A stretch of DNA of 64,000 nucleotides, from the NCBI GenBank assembly GCA_020852375.1, contig JADZAY010000009.1:12690-76689 (forward strand), read 5' to 3'. Origin of the DNA: Candidatus Yanofskybacteria bacterium (GTDB taxonomy: Bacteria > Patescibacteriota > Minisyncoccia > 2-02-FULL-40-12 > GWA2-44-9). The notes under the pieces were generated by a model, which had not been told where the DNA came from, ran no database searches, and saw only the letters and a program-made list of their open reading frames with translations. Below, one piece after another: positions 44,064 to 54,730 of this stretch (the first letter of the stretch is position 1; each line of letters opens with the position of its first letter). Both the position numbers and the translations under genes were made by a program.

Positions 44064-44765
44064 TTAAACGCCGGAAGATTCTAGCATATCCAAGGTTTTT
44101 TGCAAGTCCTGGGGGAGGTCGGCTTCCAGGGCAAGGGCTTTGCCGTCCGGGCTTGTGAGGCGGAGCTTCCAGGCGTGCAGGAAGAGGCGCTCAAGGCCCG
44201 GCGGGAGAGGCTTCTTTGCCGCGTAGAGCTTGTCGCCGGCGAGGGGGCAACCGATATGCTTTAGATGTACCCGGATCTGGTGGGTGCGGCCCGTTTTTGG
44301 CATGGCGCGCACGAGTGTGTAGTCGGGGTACGAGCGGAGGACCTCATAGTCGGTGACGGCATCCCGGACAACGAGCTCGCGCTTGCCTTTGATCTGGGTG
44401 GTCTGCTTGGTGCCCAGTTTTCCCAGCGGGGCGTCGATGGTTCCCGATGCCTGCGCGGGGCGTCCGTGCACAAGGGCGAGGTATTCTTTTTGGGTCTGCC
44501 GGGTCTGGAAGAGGTTCTTGAGGTACTCGAATGTCGGCTGGTCCTTCGCGATGACCATGATGCCCGACGTCTCCTTATCCAAGCGATGCACGATGCCGGG
44601 GCGGAGCGGGGATTCGCCAACGCCGGCGAGGTACGGTCGTTCGGCGACGAGCATATCCGCCACCGTGATCTGGGGGTCGGTGGGGCTTACTTTGTGCACC
44701 GCAATGCCATACGGTTTGTTGATGGCAAAGAGATGTGCGTCTTCATAGATGACGGGGAGGGTCAT
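44064..44765 (-). CDS. RluA family pseudouridine synthase
   Basis: Catalytic motif HRLDKETSGIMVIAK. Lacks an N-terminal S4 domain. Confidence 0.85.
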   Translation of the reverse strand: MTLPVIYEDAHLFAINKPYGIAVHKVSPTDPQITVADMLVAERPYLAGVGESPLRPGIVHRLDKETSGIMVIAKDQPTFEYLKNLFQTRQTQKEYLALVHGRPAQASGTIDAPLGKLGTKQTTQIKGKRELVVRDAVTDYEVLRSYPDYTLVRAMPKTGRTHQIRVHLKHIGCPLAGDKLYAAKKPLPPGLERLFLHAWKLRLTSPDGKALALEADLPQDLQKTLDMLESSGV

Positions 44766-45190
44766 GCGTTCAATGCTTTCTTGAACATTGAGAGAGCGAG
44801 GTCTGCGCTGATAAGGTTGACGGGGATTTCATTGAGTCCGAACCACTGCCACTTCTCAAACTTCTCGGGTTCCATGAGCTTTGGTTCTTGGTCGGTTGCT
44901 ACCTCGAACACGAATACATGGTCGCGTCCGGTCTCATCAATGTATGCGCCCGGATACTCACCGAGCTTCCGGACAATGCGAGCGTCCGTGACCCCGATTT
45001 CCTCCTCGATTTCTCGGATGACGGTGGACTCGGGAGCTTCACCGGCGTCGCATCTGCCACCGGGAGCGACCCATAGTGAGGTATCGTGGTAGTGGCGAAG
45101 ACCGAGTAGAATCTTCCCATTTCGAATGATGACCGATGATGTGCAGTTGTGGTTCTTTGGGGAATGAGATTCGTAGAATTTCGGCGACAT
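44762..45190 (-). CDS. NUDIX hydrolase
   Basis: Nudix box GGRCDAGEAPESTVIREIEEEIG. Confidence 0.8.
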   Translation of the reverse strand: MSPKFYESHSPKNHNCTSSVIIRNGKILLGLRHYHDTSLWVAPGGRCDAGEAPESTVIREIEEEIGVTDARIVRKLGEYPGAYIDETGRDHVFVFEVATDQEPKLMEPEKFEKWQWFGLNEIPVNLISADLALSMFKKALNA

Positions 45191-45221
45191 GGCGATGAGA
45201 AGGTGGTAAATACGTTTCTTG

Positions 45222-45330
45222 TGGCGGAATTATTGTAACTCTCCGCGCCTGCCTGCCGGTAGGCAGGCCCATGCGCTCGGGGCACTTGGCCAGCCACCCC
45301 CTTCATACATGCAGGATAAGGAATGGCTAA
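45222..45330 (-). promoter_or_regulatory. conserved hairpin + TACAAT module (copy 2 of 3) upstream of the NUDIX gene
   Basis: Minus-strand reading: CACTTAGCCATTCCTTATCCTGCATGTATGAAGGGGGTGGCTGGCCAAGTG hairpin, then CCCCGAGCGCATGGG.., GCCTGCC-hairpin, then GAGAGT-TACAAT-AATTCC. ATG 40 nt downstream. Confidence 0.4.
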
Positions 45331-45332
45331 GT

Positions 45333-45455
45333 GTGGGCGGTAGAGGACTCGGCTTTGTCTCTCGCGTCGCCGTTGCGACGCTCGGATTAGCCACCGCCTC
45401 GCGGCGCCACCTACTGGCGGCGCATCGCTCCGGCGTTCGAGCCTCTACCATTCGC
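45333..45455 (-). repeat. tRNA-3'-linked structured repeat (core + 19-bp copy of tRNA-Val(TAC) 3' end)
   Basis: Minus-strand reading: GGTAGAGGCTCGAACGCCGGAGCGATGCGCCGCCAGTAGGTGGCGCCGCGAGGCGGTGGCTAATCCGAGCGTCGCAACGGCGACGCGAGAGACAAAGCCGAGTCCTCTACCGCCCACAC. The 19-bp copy at 45333-45351 equals 45502-45520. Hairpin 45457-45500 separates it from the tRNA. Confidence 0.6.
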
Positions 45456-45502
45456 TAACTGTATCAAATACAACATGCCAAATGGCATCTTGTATTTGAT
45501 AG

Positions 45503-45576
45503 TGGGCGGTAGAGGACTCGAACCCCTGACCCTCGCTGTGTAAAAGCGATGCTCTACCAACTGAGCTAACCGCCCG
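45503..45576 (-). tRNA. tRNA-Val (anticodon TAC)
   Basis: Acceptor GGGCGGT/ACCGCCC. Anticodon loop ttTACac. Confidence 0.85.
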
Positions 45577-45660
45577 GAATTATTGTAGCCCCGCGAACCC
45601 ATGTTCTCGGGACACTTCGCCAGCCAACTCCTTCATACATACAGAATAAGGAGTGGCGAA
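45577..45660 (-). promoter_or_regulatory. conserved hairpin + TACAAT module (copy 3 of 3) upstream of tRNA-Val(TAC)
   Basis: Minus-strand reading: CACTTCGCCACTCCTTATTCTGTATGTATGAAGGAGTTGGCTGGCGAAGTG hairpin, TCCCGAGAACATGGG.., then GGGGC-TACAAT-AATTCC directly abutting the tRNA 5' end. Confidence 0.45.
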
Positions 45661-45790
45661 GTGTGGGGGGAGCCTGGATTCACCCTCCGGTCAGGCCTGC
45701 GCCGTCGCTTGGCCTGCCTTCGGGCTCCGGCCCTCACGGTCGCGCCTGCTGGCGCGACATCGCTCCGGGCTTCGAATCCTATCACTCCAA
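45661..45790 (-). repeat. tRNA-3'-linked structured repeat (Lys-type core + diverged copy of tRNA-Ile 3' end)
   Basis: Minus-strand reading: GATAGGATTCGAAGCCCGGAGCGATGTCGCGCCAGCAGGCGCGACCGTGAGGGCCGGAGCCCGAAGG..GACCGGAGGGTGAATCCAGGCTCCCCCCACAC. Hairpin 45791-45836 separates it from tRNA-Ile. Confidence 0.55.
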
Positions 45791-45838
45791 CTACTACTTG
45801 AAACCGACCCGCCGCAGGGGCGGCTCGATTTCAAGATG

Positions 45839-45912
45839 TGGGGGAGCTAGGATTCGAACCTAGGACCACCAAGGTATAAGCTTGGCGCTCTAACCAGCTG
45901 AGCTACTCCCCC
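45839..45912 (-). tRNA. tRNA-Ile (anticodon TAT)
   Basis: Reverse complement folds as GGGGGAG-UA-GCUC..CCAAG-CUUAUAC-CUUGG..CUCCCCC-A. The loop CUUAUAC gives anticodon UAU, which is unusual. Confidence 0.7.
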
Positions 45913-46145
45913 TGAATCAATTGTAGTTTGTACGCTTTTCCCTGACGTTTGATCTGCTGCTCTCGCTTGGTTGCCGAACCGCGATCCGGATGTCGCTCAG
46001 TATACAGCAGGGTGAACGGGCCGCGCCCTCGGGTGTACTTTGCCCCCGTACCCGCTCGATGCTGTGCGATGCGCGCGGCGATGTCGGTCGTGATCCCGGT
46101 GTACAGCGTACCATCACCGCACTTCAGGATGTAGACGACGTACAT
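45903..46145 (-). CDS. GIY-YIG nuclease family protein (free-standing, 80 aa)
   Basis: MYVVYILKCGDGTLYTGITTDIAARIAQH...E (GIY-YIG core with Arg and Glu). The last 10 nt overlap the 5' end of tRNA-Ile. Confidence 0.7.
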   Translation of the reverse strand: MYVVYILKCGDGTLYTGITTDIAARIAQHRAGTGAKYTRGRGPFTLLYTERHPDRGSATKREQQIKRQGKAYKLQLIQGE

Positions 46146-46149
46146 GCGC

Positions 46150-48000
46150 TTACGCGGATGCCGGAGCTGGGGCCGGCATGCCTATGAGCGCATAGAACTG
46201 CTCCTGCTCCAGCGTCTCCGTGGTGATGAGCTCCTGCGCAACCTTCTTCAGGGTGTCCATGTGTTCGGTGATGACGCTTCGGGCGGTCGCTGCGGCTCGC
46301 TCGACGATCGCGCGAACTTCCGCATCGATCTGCTGGGCAACCTGCTCGCTGTAGGTTCGGTCATGCATCAACTCTCGGCCCAGGAAGATGCTCTCATGGC
46401 TCTCGCCATAGGCGAGCGGACCCATCGCATCGCTCATACCGTACTGCGTGACCATGCGGCGGGCAAGCTCGGATGCGACCTTCAGGTCGTTGCTTGCGCC
46501 GGTCGTAAGTTCGTCGTATACCAGGCGTTCCGCCGAATACCCTCCCATGAGCACTGCAAGCTCTGCTTCGAATTCGCTTTTCGTCTTGAGGTATTTGTCT
46601 TGGCTCGGAAGCTTGAGCGTATATCCGCCCGCGCGGCCGCGGGATATGATGCTTACCTTATGGACCGGATCGCTGTGCGGGAGATGTGCGGCCACGATAG
46701 CGTGTCCCGCTTCGTGATGGGCGGTGACCGCTTTTTCCTTCGCGGAGAGCACATGGCTTCGACGTTCAGGACCGAGCATAACCTTTTCGATCGACTCGAG
46801 GAGGTTGTCTTGGGTGATGGTCTTTTGTCCTTTCCGTGCCGCGAGGATAGCCGCTTCATTCAAGAGGTTTGCCAAGTCTGCGCCGGAGAATCCAGGGGTC
46901 CGCTCGGCGACGACCCGAAAGTTCACATTCTTTGCCACGGGCTTACCGACGGCGTGAACGGTGAGCACATCGATGCGGTCGTTGAGCGACGGCTCGTCCA
47001 AAATGATGCGGCGGTCGAAGCGGCCGGGACGCAGGAGTGCGGGATCAAGGATGTCGGGGCGATTGGTGGCGGCCATCACGATAACGGCATCGTTCGTATC
47101 AAACCCGTCCATCTCGACGAGAATCTGGTTGAGGGTTTGTTCGCGCTCATCATGGCCGCCGCCGATACCGGCGCCGCGCTGTCGTCCGACCGCGTCGATC
47201 TCATCGACAAACACGATCGCGGGAGCCGCCTGCTTCGCCGTTTCGAACGTGTCGCGGACGCGATTCGCGCCGACGCCCACGAACATCTCAACAAACTCCG
47301 AACCCGATACATAGAAGAAGGGAACGCGAGCTTCGTTGGCGACTGCCTTGGCGAGGAGGGTTTTTCCGGTGCCCGGTGATCCAACCAGGAGAATGCCGCG
47401 AGGAATGCGTGCGCCGAGGCGGTGGAATTTCGCAGGATCCTTCAGGAATTCGACGACTTCACTGACTTCCTCTTTTGCTTCGTGCAACCCGGCGACATCT
47501 CGAAACGTGATTTTGCGGTCGTCGGCGTTCATGCCGGCGAGCTTTGCGCGCGACTTTCCGAAACTGAACGCCTGCATGGATCCCTGACGTGCCTGGCGAT
47601 ACATGTACCAGAACATACCGAGCACCAAGAGGAACGGAAGCAGGAACGGAAGAACACTGCTCACGAGCACGGAAGCTCCCGACGGGTCTTTCACTTCGAT
47701 CGTGGTTGCGGCGATCTTCTCTTCGGGGACACCCGTATTTGCGAGCGTCTCGAAGATCGAAACGCCCGGCTCTTTCTGTGCCGTGAATGCCGCGCCGTCG
47801 CCGGCGGTCGCCGACACGGTTTCGCCGCGGACCGTGATGGTCTTGATGGCGCCATCCCGCACTTTCGCGGCGAGTTCGCTGATGGCGATGTCGGTCGGGC
47901 GCGGACCATTGTCGGCGAATAGCGACACCGCGAACGCGAGGCTAATAAGGAGGGCGAAGACGAGTGTGGTTGAGCGAAGAATGTGGCGCATACGTAGCAT
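46150..48000 (-). CDS. ftsH: ATP-dependent zinc metalloprotease FtsH
   Basis: AAA+ Walker [12 protein letters not shown] region, zinc motif HEAGHA. Two N-terminal TM helices. Start Met uncertain (48024, 48000 or 47991). Confidence 0.9.
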   Translation of the reverse strand: MLRMRHILRSTTLVFALLISLAFAVSLFADNGPRPTDIAISELAAKVRDGAIKTITVRGETVSATAGDGAAFTAQKEPGVSIFETLANTGVPEEKIAATTIEVKDPSGASVLVSSVLPFLLPFLLVLGMFWYMYRQARQGSMQAFSFGKSRAKLAGMNADDRKITFRDVAGLHEAKEEVSEVVEFLKDPAKFHRLGARIPRGILLVGSPGTGKTLLAKAVANEARVPFFYVSGSEFVEMFVGVGANRVRDTFETAKQAAPAIVFVDEIDAVGRQRGAGIGGGHDEREQTLNQILVEMDGFDTNDAVIVMAATNRPDILDPALLRPGRFDRRIILDEPSLNDRIDVLTVHAVGKPVAKNVNFRVVAERTPGFSGADLANLLNEAAILAARKGQKTITQDNLLESIEKVMLGPERRSHVLSAKEKAVTAHHEAGHAIVAAHLPHSDPVHKVSIISRGRAGGYTLKLPSQDKYLKTKSEFEAELAVLMGGYSAERLVYDELTTGASNDLKVASELARRMVTQYGMSDAMGPLAYGESHESIFLGRELMHDRTYSEQVAQQIDAEVRAIVERAAATARSVITEHMDTLKKVAQELITTETLEQEQFYALIGMPAPAPASA

Positions 48001-48115
48001 GCAATGTACCACGAAAATGGGCACCGGGCAACTGCGCGATCATTGACAGAATGCAGGATTCACGATACTTTCGCGCGGTACGTCCGCTGTTTCACAATCA
48101 ATCCGAGGAGGCTTG

Positions 48116-49396
48116 ATGTCAGCGGTTTCCTTCGAGTCGTGGGGGAGTGCGGACACTATCGGTCCGAGCTGTCAGACGCTTCGGTTTGGTGATTTCCGAG
48201 TCGGTGTCGATTTCGGTGCCGCCGTGAAGGGAGAGCAACGAGCGCCTATCATCAATGGGAGGCTCGACGCGCTGTTCGTGACGCATGGTCACATGGATCA
48301 CCACGGGATGGTTCCCTGTGCGCTTCGCGAGTGGCCAAACCTGCGCGTATGGGCGACCTTCGAAACGAAGCGGTTCATGGCATGGGCCTGGGATGACCAA
48401 CTTCGCATCTGTGCGACCGACGGCAAGGAGCCGCCGTTCACGCGAGCCGAGGCGGATCTCGCCCTCCGTCGAACGCGGGCGATGTCCGTTGGAACAACGA
48501 TCCAGCTCGCGGAAGACCTGACGGTAACCCCGTATTATGCGGGGCACATCCTTGGAGCGGTCTCACTCTTGTTCTGCTACCGCGGCGAATACATCTTCGT
48601 GACCGGTGACATCGGCCTTCTGGATCACTGGTTTGTTCCGAGGGCCCAGCCGCCCACACTCGATCGCTGCGCGCTCCTTGTGCGCGAGTCCACCTACGCG
48701 GGGCTGCGGTGGGAGCAGGCTCGCGACGAGATCGAAGACGACCTTGTCGGGTCCATTCTGGAGGTGCTCTGCGGTGGTGGGCGTGTTGTCATTCCGACGC
48801 TTGCCATAGATCGCATGCCGAACATCTGCCAGATTCTCCGGCAGTCCTGCATTGGCAAAGACTGGCCTGTGTGGGTGACCGGCGGCGTCGAGCCGACGAA
48901 CATCTACGCGCGGCTTGCCCCAGAGGCGGCTTGGCTCGGAACGGTGAATCGGTTTAGGTCGTCGTGGCACGAACGAGAGGTGATGTGGTCCGGAAAGCCG
49001 CTCGTCGTCATCGCCAGCTCGGGGATGGTGATGCCGCACACGCCGTCGCATCGATGGGTCACGAGCGTTATCCAAGATCTGCGGAGCGCTATCTTCATGG
49101 TGAACTACCAAGATCCGACGGCACCGGGCGGCCTCATTCTCAAGAGTAAGCTCGGGGAACGGATCGAGCTTGAGCCGGGGTCCGGCCGCACGCGCCAGCG
49201 CCTCTGTGCGGTTCGGCGATTCGATCTCTCGACGCACGCGAAAGAAGATGAGATGGCCGAGCTCGAGCGTATGCTCAATCCCGACCTCATTGCCCATGTG
49301 CATGGAGAAGGCGACCGCATCCAAGCGTTCATCGATGCGCAGACGAGCGGTCCCCAGCGCGTCCGCACGCGCGTTGGCCAAGAGATCAAGCTCTGA
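48116..49396 (+). CDS. MBL-fold metallo-hydrolase, beta-CASP family (RNA-metabolising type)
   Basis: HGHMDHHG motif, downstream Asp/His motifs. GAGGAGG RBS upstream. Confidence 0.7.
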   Translation: MSAVSFESWGSADTIGPSCQTLRFGDFRVGVDFGAAVKGEQRAPIINGRLDALFVTHGHMDHHGMVPCALREWPNLRVWATFETKRFMAWAWDDQLRICATDGKEPPFTRAEADLALRRTRAMSVGTTIQLAEDLTVTPYYAGHILGAVSLLFCYRGEYIFVTGDIGLLDHWFVPRAQPPTLDRCALLVRESTYAGLRWEQARDEIEDDLVGSILEVLCGGGRVVIPTLAIDRMPNICQILRQSCIGKDWPVWVTGGVEPTNIYARLAPEAAWLGTVNRFRSSWHEREVMWSGKPLVVIASSGMVMPHTPSHRWVTSVIQDLRSAIFMVNYQDPTAPGGLILKSKLGERIELEPGSGRTRQRLCAVRRFDLSTHAKEDEMAELERMLNPDLIAHVHGEGDRIQAFIDAQTSGPQRVRTRVGQEIKL

Positions 49397-49453
49397 ACGG
49401 ACACCGCCCTCTCCAGTGGAGAGGGCGGTTTTTCATATTCTCGGAAGCGCTGG

Positions 49454-50530
49454 CTACGCCTTCTGCTCGAGCGTCAGAATCAGCTTGTGGTCCTTCGGAT
49501 CGATGCTGACGATGGCGAACGTGTATACGGTGCCGACCGTGACGACATCCGCAGCCGGACGACCACCGAACTCTGCCGTTGGGAGAAGTCCGACGATGTC
49601 GTCGTTGAGTTGGACGAATGCGCCGTTCGAGCGGATCTTGATGACGGTTCCCTTGACCTTCTGGCCGACCGAGAAGGTCTCGTTGACCGTAAGCCACGGG
49701 TCGGGGCGGAGCGCCTTCAGCGACAGCGCTACGCGGCCACCGTCGAGAGAGATGACCTTGGCGGTCACAGTGTCCCCGCTGTGGAGGATCTGCCGAGGAT
49801 CTTCGACGAACTTCCAGTCGATCTCGCTCGAGTGGATAAGGCCATCGAGATTCTCCGACAATCGGACGAATGCGCCGAAGTCGGTCACCTCGGTGATGAC
49901 GCCCTCGACCGTTTCTCCGACGGTAAGCTTCGCAAGCTCACCCTTCGCGGCTTCCTCCTGGATCGCGCGCTCGGAGACGATAAGCTTGCCTTCTTGTTCG
50001 TTGTAGTCGAGCACCTTCACCTTGAAGGCCTGCCCCTTGAACTTCTGGAGCGCCTGGACGATCTTCGTGGTGTCGCCGCCCTCAACCTTCGGGTAGTGCT
50101 CGCTGGAGAGCTGGGAGAGCGGGAGGAATCCCTGCACGCCCTCGACCTGCACGATGAGGCCGCCTTTGTTGATGTTCTGAATGATGGTCGTGAGCACTGA
50201 GCTGGTGTCGCGGAGTTCCTTGATACGCTGCCACGCGGTGGTCAGCTGAGCCGCCTTCAAGGAGAGCTCGCGATAACCGTCTTCATTCTCGAGCTCAAGA
50301 AGCACTGCGGTCACTTCCTCACCCGGCTTCAATGCGCGGACTCGGTCCGGATTGTCGTAGAACTGGCCAGGGTACACGATGCCGATACCGGCAGAGCCAA
50401 GGTCAAGCATGACATTGGACTTCGACACGCTGATGACCCGCCCGGTGAGAATCTGCCCTGCACGGGGGAGCTGGAACTCCTCTTTTGCGAGGAGGTCCTT
50501 CATGGTTTTCGCTGGAGATGCGGTTGCCAT
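49454..50530 (-). CDS. rpsA: 30S ribosomal protein S1 (four S1 domains)
   Basis: Repeated S1 OB-fold pattern (GxV..V..G.FV.L..G..G..H.S). Start uncertain (50557 or 50530). Confidence 0.8.
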   Translation of the reverse strand: MATASPAKTMKDLLAKEEFQLPRAGQILTGRVISVSKSNVMLDLGSAGIGIVYPGQFYDNPDRVRALKPGEEVTAVLLELENEDGYRELSLKAAQLTTAWQRIKELRDTSSVLTTIIQNINKGGLIVQVEGVQGFLPLSQLSSEHYPKVEGGDTTKIVQALQKFKGQAFKVKVLDYNEQEGKLIVSERAIQEEAAKGELAKLTVGETVEGVITEVTDFGAFVRLSENLDGLIHSSEIDWKFVEDPRQILHSGDTVTAKVISLDGGRVALSLKALRPDPWLTVNETFSVGQKVKGTVIKIRSNGAFVQLNDDIVGLLPTAEFGGRPAADVVTVGTVYTFAIVSIDPKDHKLILTLEQKA

Positions 50531-50650
50531 AGCAATAAAAATGTCTCTCCGTCGCACTTTGGCGACCCTTGAGACTGGACTCTACTATACCTGAGGCGAC
50601 CGGGAAAATCAAGGCTTGAAAGAAGCCATTTTTCGGGTATCATAGAGGGG

Positions 50651-51289
50651 ATGAATATCTCCTGGTACGGGCATCGATGCATCCGAATCGAGTGCAAAGA
50701 GGGCACAGTGCTCATTGATCCGTTCGACCCAAAAAAGGTCGGGCTTCGCGGCCCCAATGTGGGCGACGATCTTGTGCTTATCAGTGAAGCCGACCCGGGC
50801 TCTGCCGTTCTCGAGCGCATCGGGGACGCCTCGTTCGTGGTTCGAGGCCCCGGGGAATATGAACGAAAAGGGATCGCAGTGCGAGGCCTACAGGCGTGGC
50901 AGGATACCCAGAAGGGGCACGAGCTCGGGCTGTGCACGATCTATAGCATCGTGGCGGAAGACATTTCCGTGTGCCATCTCGGTGCGATCGGCCAGGATAA
51001 GCTTACCAGCGAGCAGCTCGAAGCGATTGGAGACCCTGACATCCTCATTGTGCCCGTGGGTGTGCAGAGCGCGTTCGACGTGAAGGCGGCAGCGGCGCTG
51101 GTGACCGATGTCGAACCGAAGATCGTTATCCCTATTCAGTTCTCGTTGCCGAACGCATCGTATGAAGCGGCCGCACTCGAGAAGTTCGTCAAAGAGATCG
51201 GATTACAGCCTGAGCGAGTAGATACCTTCCGCGTCGCGAAGAAGCAGCTTCCAGTCGATCGAACTCAACTTGTTGTGCTTGAAGCATAG
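50651..51289 (+). CDS. MBL-fold metal-dependent hydrolase (UPF0173-like)
   Basis: MNISWYGHRCIRIE...LIDPF pattern and conserved His residues. Confidence 0.7.
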   Translation: MNISWYGHRCIRIECKEGTVLIDPFDPKKVGLRGPNVGDDLVLISEADPGSAVLERIGDASFVVRGPGEYERKGIAVRGLQAWQDTQKGHELGLCTIYSIVAEDISVCHLGAIGQDKLTSEQLEAIGDPDILIVPVGVQSAFDVKAAAALVTDVEPKIVIPIQFSLPNASYEAAALEKFVKEIGLQPERVDTFRVAKKQLPVDRTQLVVLEA

Positions 51290-51293
51290 TTCC

Positions 51294-51638
51294 ATGTCGT
51301 TGATCCACGAGATACACGCGCAGAAGCCGGCGGTCCGATACACACTGTTCGGGCTCTCGCTGCTCATCGCACTGTCGCTGGTCGGCATATTCGGGCTCTC
51401 GGCGTTGCAGCGGCAGGCGTACCTGGCGCTGCATACTGACCCGGGAGATCAGCAGGCATATGACGAAGCGGTCGCGGCGCGTCGTCCGAAGCCGATTGCG
51501 GCATTCGTTCGGGCCGCGTCGTCGCTGACGGCGAGCATCGGTTCGGTGTTCGGATGGAAATCCGATGCTGGCTTTGACACTGGCGGGCGACTCGGTAATG
51601 ATCAGGGCGGCGTGCATCCGCTTCCGCTTTCGGAGTAG
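51294..51638 (+). CDS. small membrane protein, hypothetical
   Basis: One TM helix ([23 protein letters not shown]). Coding status uncertain. Confidence 0.3.
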   Translation: MSLIHEIHAQKPAVRYTLFGLSLLIALSLVGIFGLSALQRQAYLALHTDPGDQQAYDEAVAARRPKPIAAFVRAASSLTASIGSVFGWKSDAGFDTGGRLGNDQGGVHPLPLSE

Positions 51639-51658
51639 GGCATTTTTCATGTTGTAGC

Positions 51659-54124
51659 ATGGCGACAAAATCAAAACCTTCCACAACCGAATCGCTTCCG
51701 CAGGTGGCGCCTCGGCGCGAGATCACCGAAGAGATCCAAAAGTCCTATCTCGAATACGCCATGAGCGTGATCATGGCGCGTGCGCTGCCGGATGTGCGCG
51801 ACGGACTCAAGCCGGTCAATCGCCGCATCCTGTACGTCATGCACAAGCTGGGCCTGACGTTCGGCGCAAAGCTCCGCAAGTCCGCCGCAGTGGTCGGTGA
51901 TGTGCTGGGCAATTATCATCCGCATGGCGACACGGCCGTATACGACGCCATGGTGCGCATGGCGCAGGACTTTTCGATGCGATACCCCCTCGTGCACGGA
52001 CAGGGGAACTTCGGTTCGGTCGACGGCGACAGTCCTGCGGCGATGCGGTACACGGAAGCGAAGATGGCGCGCATTACCGATGAGGTGCTTGCCGACATTG
52101 AAAAGGATACGGTCGAATTCCGGCCGAACTACGATGGCACCAAGCAGGAGCCCGCGGTGCTTCCTACGCGCATTCCGAACCTGCTGGTGAACGGGACCAC
52201 GGGCATCGCGGTCGGTATGGCGACGAACATCCCCCCGCACAATCTGGGGGAGGTGCTGGATGGTCTTATTCATCTGATCGAAGAGCCTGATGCCGACGTG
52301 AAAGACCTCATGCAGTATGTGAAGGGCCCTGACTTTCCGACGGGCGGCTCGATCTTCAACGAGAAGGATATTCTGAATGCATACGCGACCGGGCGCGGTC
52401 CGGTTGTCATGCGCGGCACCGCCGAGATCCTCGAAGGAAAGCGGGGGCAGCAAATCGTTATCACCGAGATCCCGTATCAGGTGAACAAGGCGGAGCTCAT
52501 CGTGAAGATCGCTGACCTGGTCAAAGAGAAGCGCATCGATGGTATTCGGGACATTCGCGACGAATCGGACCGGCAGGGCATGCGCATCGTCATCGAGCTC
52601 AAGCAGGATGCGTTCCCAAAGAAGGTGTTGAACGCGCTCTACAAGATGACCGAGCTGCAGAAGACCTTCCACTTCAATATGATCGCGCTGGTGGACGGCA
52701 TTCAGCCGCAGATCCTCGGCTTGAAGACGATCCTGGAGAAGTTCGTTGAGCACCGCCAAGTCGTCGTCCGTCGTCGCAGCATGTACGAGCTCGAGCGGGC
52801 TCTGGAGCGCGCACATATCCTGGAGGGGCTCTCGAAGGCGCTCGATCACATTGACGAGATCATCAAGACGATTAAGCAGTCGCCGACTCGCGAGGAAGCG
52901 TTTACGAACTTGATGAAGAAGTTCAAGTTCTCGGATCGGCAGGCGAACGCCATCCTTGAGATGCGACTCCAGTCGCTTGCCGGCCTTGAACGCAAGAAGA
53001 TCGAGGACGAATTGGAAGAGAAGCGCGCGTTGATCGCCGAACTCGAGGAGCTTCTCAAGTCCGCGAAGAAGCTGCTTGGCGTGGTGAAAAAAGAGTTCAC
53101 CGAGCTTCGCGAGCGCTATGCGGACGAGCGGCGAACGCGTGTCGTAAAGACCGCGTTGCGCGAGATCGGGGACGAAGAGCTGGTTCCCGAAGAGGATGCG
53201 CTCTTCATGATCACGCTCGGCGGCTATATCAAACGGCTACCGCCCGACGAGCTGCGCGCGCAGAAGCGCGGCGGAAAGGGCGTCGGCGGCATGGCGACGA
53301 AAGAAGAGGATGTCATCAACCACTTCTTCCTTGCGAACACGCACGACAACATTCTCTTCTTCACGAACTCGGGCAAGGTGTTTCAGATCAGGGGATACGA
53401 GGTGCCTGAGGCGAGTCGACAGAGCAAAGGACGAGCGATCACGAACTTCCTCCAGGTCACCGCAAACGACAGCATCACCGCGGTGGTGCCGCTCCCCAAA
53501 GAGAAGGAGCAGAAGGGGCGGTTTCTGTTCATGGCGACCACGAACGGCATCATCAAGAAGGTTGCCATGGATGCGTTCGCGAACGTTCGGAAGAACGGAT
53601 TGCTCGCTATCAACCTGAAAGGCGGAGATCGCTTGGGTTGGGTATTCGGAACCTCGGGTGACGACCAGGTGGTCATGACGACCGCATCAGGTTCCGCGAT
53701 CCGCTTCAGCGAGGCGGATGTGCGCCCGATGGGGCGGGCTGCCGCCGGGGTCATGGGCATGCGCCTCGAGGCAGGAGATCGGGTGGTGGGCGCCGATGTT
53801 ATTCGCGCAGGAACCGAGAAGGGCCTTACGCTCATGGCGCTCATGGCGAATGGATACGGCAAACGGACCCAGCTCAAGGAATATAAGCTCCAGCATCGCG
53901 GCGGTGTCGGTATTTTGACCGCGAATATCACCTCGAAGACAGGACAATTGGTGTCCGCACATGTAACGGGCGAGGAGAACGAAGAGCTCATCGCCGTGTC
54001 CAAGAAGGGCCAGGTCATTCGGACATCCATTAAGGAGGTTCCCATTCTCGGCCGCGCCACGCAGGGTGTTCGCATCATGCGTCTCGACTCCGGAGACCAC
54101 ATCGCCTCCGTGGTGCTCTTCTAG
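51659..54124 (+). CDS. gyrA: DNA gyrase subunit A
   Basis: Active-site region [10 protein letters not shown] with Tyr, GyrA box, C-terminal beta-pinwheel repeats; 821 aa. Confidence 0.95.
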   Translation: MATKSKPSTTESLPQVAPRREITEEIQKSYLEYAMSVIMARALPDVRDGLKPVNRRILYVMHKLGLTFGAKLRKSAAVVGDVLGNYHPHGDTAVYDAMVRMAQDFSMRYPLVHGQGNFGSVDGDSPAAMRYTEAKMARITDEVLADIEKDTVEFRPNYDGTKQEPAVLPTRIPNLLVNGTTGIAVGMATNIPPHNLGEVLDGLIHLIEEPDADVKDLMQYVKGPDFPTGGSIFNEKDILNAYATGRGPVVMRGTAEILEGKRGQQIVITEIPYQVNKAELIVKIADLVKEKRIDGIRDIRDESDRQGMRIVIELKQDAFPKKVLNALYKMTELQKTFHFNMIALVDGIQPQILGLKTILEKFVEHRQVVVRRRSMYELERALERAHILEGLSKALDHIDEIIKTIKQSPTREEAFTNLMKKFKFSDRQANAILEMRLQSLAGLERKKIEDELEEKRALIAELEELLKSAKKLLGVVKKEFTELRERYADERRTRVVKTALREIGDEELVPEEDALFMITLGGYIKRLPPDELRAQKRGGKGVGGMATKEEDVINHFFLANTHDNILFFTNSGKVFQIRGYEVPEASRQSKGRAITNFLQVTANDSITAVVPLPKEKEQKGRFLFMATTNGIIKKVAMDAFANVRKNGLLAINLKGGDRLGWVFGTSGDDQVVMTTASGSAIRFSEADVRPMGRAAAGVMGMRLEAGDRVVGADVIRAGTEKGLTLMALMANGYGKRTQLKEYKLQHRGGVGILTANITSKTGQLVSAHVTGEENEELIAVSKKGQVIRTSIKEVPILGRATQGVRIMRLDSGDHIASVVLF

Positions 54125-54181
54125 TAGCCCGTTTTCCACTCGAGCGCACCACGCCGAGCGGCGGTGTGCTAAAATAGGGGC

Positions 54182-54730
54182 ATGACGAACCTTCCCGGAC
54201 CTGGGGCGTTTCTTGATACGCGACGCATCGTTGCGTCGCTTGGTTCTCTGACTGGATCCCGTATTGCTGACCTCGGGTGCGGCTCCGGATACTTTACGAT
54301 TGATCTTGCGCGGGCTGTCGGCAAGGACGGCGTCGTTACCGCGGTCGATGTCATGGAAGAGCCCCTCCAGGCGGTGCAGGCGAAGGCGTCTGCTGCTGGG
54401 CTTAAGAATGTCCGGCCTGTTCGTGCAGACCTCGAAGTGCTCGGAGGTACGAAGATCCCGGACGGCAGTCAGGACATGGTGCTGGTTGCGAACGTCTTGT
54501 TTCAGTCACAGAAGAAAGAGGCGATCCTCGCCGAAGCGGTGCGGATGCTGAAGTCCGGTGGGCGGCTACTGGTTATCGATTGGAAGCGGGGTGCCAGAGG
54601 GTTCGGCCCTCCCGAACAACTCCGGACTGATGAAGCCACCATGCAGGGACTTGTTGTTGCGGCCGGAGCCCGATTCGAGCGCGCGGTTGATGCGGGATCG
54701 TTTTATTACGGACTTCTTTTCATCAAATGA
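54182..54730 (+). CDS. class I SAM-dependent methyltransferase
   Basis: Motif I ADLGCGSGYFT. Motif post-I VTAVDVME. Confidence 0.8.
   Translation: MTNLPGPGAFLDTRRIVASLGSLTGSRIADLGCGSGYFTIDLARAVGKDGVVTAVDVMEEPLQAVQAKASAAGLKNVRPVRADLEVLGGTKIPDGSQDMVLVANVLFQSQKKEAILAEAVRMLKSGGRLLVIDWKRGARGFGPPEQLRTDEATMQGLVVAAGARFERAVDAGSFYYGLLFIK

Noticed and set aside
46144-47379. 411-aa plus-strand ORF antisense to ftsH
   Set aside because: FtsH motifs on the minus strand are unambiguous.
49170-50200. Plus-strand ORFs (278 aa, 237 aa) antisense to rpsA
   Set aside because: S1-domain repeats on the minus strand are clear. The antisense ORFs are low complexity.
51671-52849. 392-aa minus-strand ORF antisense to gyrA
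   Set aside because: gyrA on the plus strand is unambiguous.
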